DNA of 63,950 bases, counting the filler, from Dirinaria sp. TL-2023a (lineage: Eukaryota), in assembly GCA_051941275.1 (NCBI GenBank). It is 4 parts of 4 records of this genome, joined end to end, with 100 filler letters (N's around TTAATTAATTAA, not from the genome) between each part and the next. Parts side by side here need not be neighbours in the genome. Positions count along the whole stretch, not along the records: positions 49,280 to 63,950 come from JAVEBF010000590.1; 3 more parts are not named here. The stretch is one strand, 5' to 3'. A program made the translations under genes and the position numbers. The notes under the pieces were generated by a model. The model was not told the origin of the DNA. It saw only the letters and a list, made by a program, of their open reading frames with translations, and made no database searches. Positions 63,601-63,950 of the stretch are shown here, one piece after another (position 1 is the stretch's first letter; each line of letters starts with the position of its first letter).

Positions 63601-63876
63601 CAACATCTCGCGGCTCAGAAAGGCGAAGCAGCCAACGAAGACCTGGCTGCAGGAATGAAAGAGCTGTTCAAAGGTCAAAGCGAAGGTTGGCAAGGACTCA
63701 AGAGCGGTATCGCCGCGTCCGCAACAGGCATCCAGGAGCTGCTCGAAAGAATCGACAGCGTATGCCGCTCTGCTCGCAAGACGGCCACGACCGGAGTGAG
63801 TGAAGAGAAGCCGCCGACGGACCCGCCCAATCCACGGAAGCGCAAAGCAGAAGGCGAAGTGGTGGTATTGGATTGA
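60691..63876 (+). CDS. MED14: Mediator complex subunit 14 (Rgr1), intronless, about 1061 aa
   Basis: LPPEIEHITFGYLPLSSLIKRLAQETFN, KKLRML.FAQ..RQQFIK.LVLSQWSR, PDIQTALEALS, I.SGRATFRVKDEFELDLSIAD. The start MPGV is the first ATG in the frame. Confidence 0.95.
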   Translation: MPGVLIEAQDTTKRSKMSNPAVNGRFDDTAPYDHPKAMPEALSNGNRLTNGDHELPNGVYSKGDLMGMAQDQSPPINGVEGLLGGQLPPEIEHITFGYLPLSSLIKRLAQETFNGLNEVVNDMSEQTSSQASNYSSSGTRVQVNGANAEDASQRNVQKKLRMLEFAQQRRQQFIKTLVLSQWSRQAEQVGKCIDLKVWLDGQRRVLNDAVAWTGELKRVVEPTKLQNPDIQTALEALSLGRALWLPDLNYLPLRKMTAKELLKAFRRINTLLSVRLNIEETIPFPLRDFSIRSGRATFRVKDEFELDLSIADQDPSSQLFFVDFRFIFSPAASEIPMSQIRDQIELKVNELLRSKGLSGCFDFLHDLVLTHKLSILRQEASALARGHWSDHIRVEAVHRSVVVQYWIQRPGGRNWVEIGVRRGEEKHSNSLQGSRPVPQIALRWFRAGKEVLEPSVDLSLGDLSLAYILEQVIAKHTSSIFAETTRALRAEALYGERVLKLKQNSSVKEPTEASLLIQLTPSKAIKIVQEPVTGRFAVLPASQLNMRMERDLNRLASPATEATSRIANLRCVSVQSEFDEHARCAGWEPVRSLHLDREVMQRFFPDKTLRISFFRKKAWAPGWVLALTTSLMGDATWIVQTIDQNPTTENAGASVKSGPALRAALKIPSKALRALLVDPSFENLANIERVLVGMISQYLNTRHLTMEGIPHKLDPFIAARPDMRTARLCIRFPAPSSGWETGTPPPVSKACRNDMIALDYHGIDPPSSSGIHIAAARIHRGIAGIKSLAASLSSTLAFHPRSGAFAFRLITPVGTTTIPGLLDRLSTVERLFQCLSIIQHRRLVCEIISLTRLSFTYHSNPSMKAVLDLPPGKPMQLSFDSSSPHLRIQDALNIILRAPDGGLMQALLHLDTTLPLLRQLSHIETLHQETGDWIDILPRSAEWFELRYHDPKCRINITLRRRQHGVKWFVQHLAAQKGEAANEDLAAGMKELFKGQSEGWQGLKSGIAASATGIQELLERIDSVCRSARKTATTGVSEEKPPTDPPNPRKRKAEGEVVVLD

Positions 63877-63950
63877 GTGAGAGCTTGCATGCTGTGTGCA
63901 TGATGGACTAATGTTTACTATTTCTTTGTCTTGTGACCCAATCTTGGGCC

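Overview
Intron-containing filamentous ascomycete DNA. The orphan secreted proteins hint at a lichen-forming fungus, but that is inference. The window is four separate contigs joined by artificial 100-nt N...TTAATTAATTAA...N linkers (1-16343, 16444-32764, 32865-49179, 49280-63950), so gene neighbourhood only counts within a contig. Contig 1: hydrophobin, small secreted protein, a ~1546-aa modin-like multi-module protein and a Tsp3-type tetraspanin. Contig 2: a 171-bp MITE with telomere-like repeats in its TIRs, a small hypothetical gene, mitochondrial calcium uniporter, a stand-alone dsRBD protein and farnesyltransferase beta (RAM1). Contig 3 is the highlight. A UstYa/DUF3328 oxidase gene (twin HXXHC motifs) is divergent from an intron-split, secreted, Kex2-processed repeat precursor with five ADAD(T/A)A(S/T)VYx(V/T)D units. 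This is a candidate new dikaritin-type fungal RiPP system. The same contig carries a head-to-head multi-LysM gene and a subgroup-C (killer-toxin-like) GH18 chitinase whose C-terminus appears to hold a KR-flanked NucA/NucB-like nuclease domain. Contig 4: an orphan secreted protein, STIMATE-family membrane protein, SF3B p14, ATG22 and MED14. Exon structures were derived by hand from GT..AG and branch-site signals; no database searches were run.
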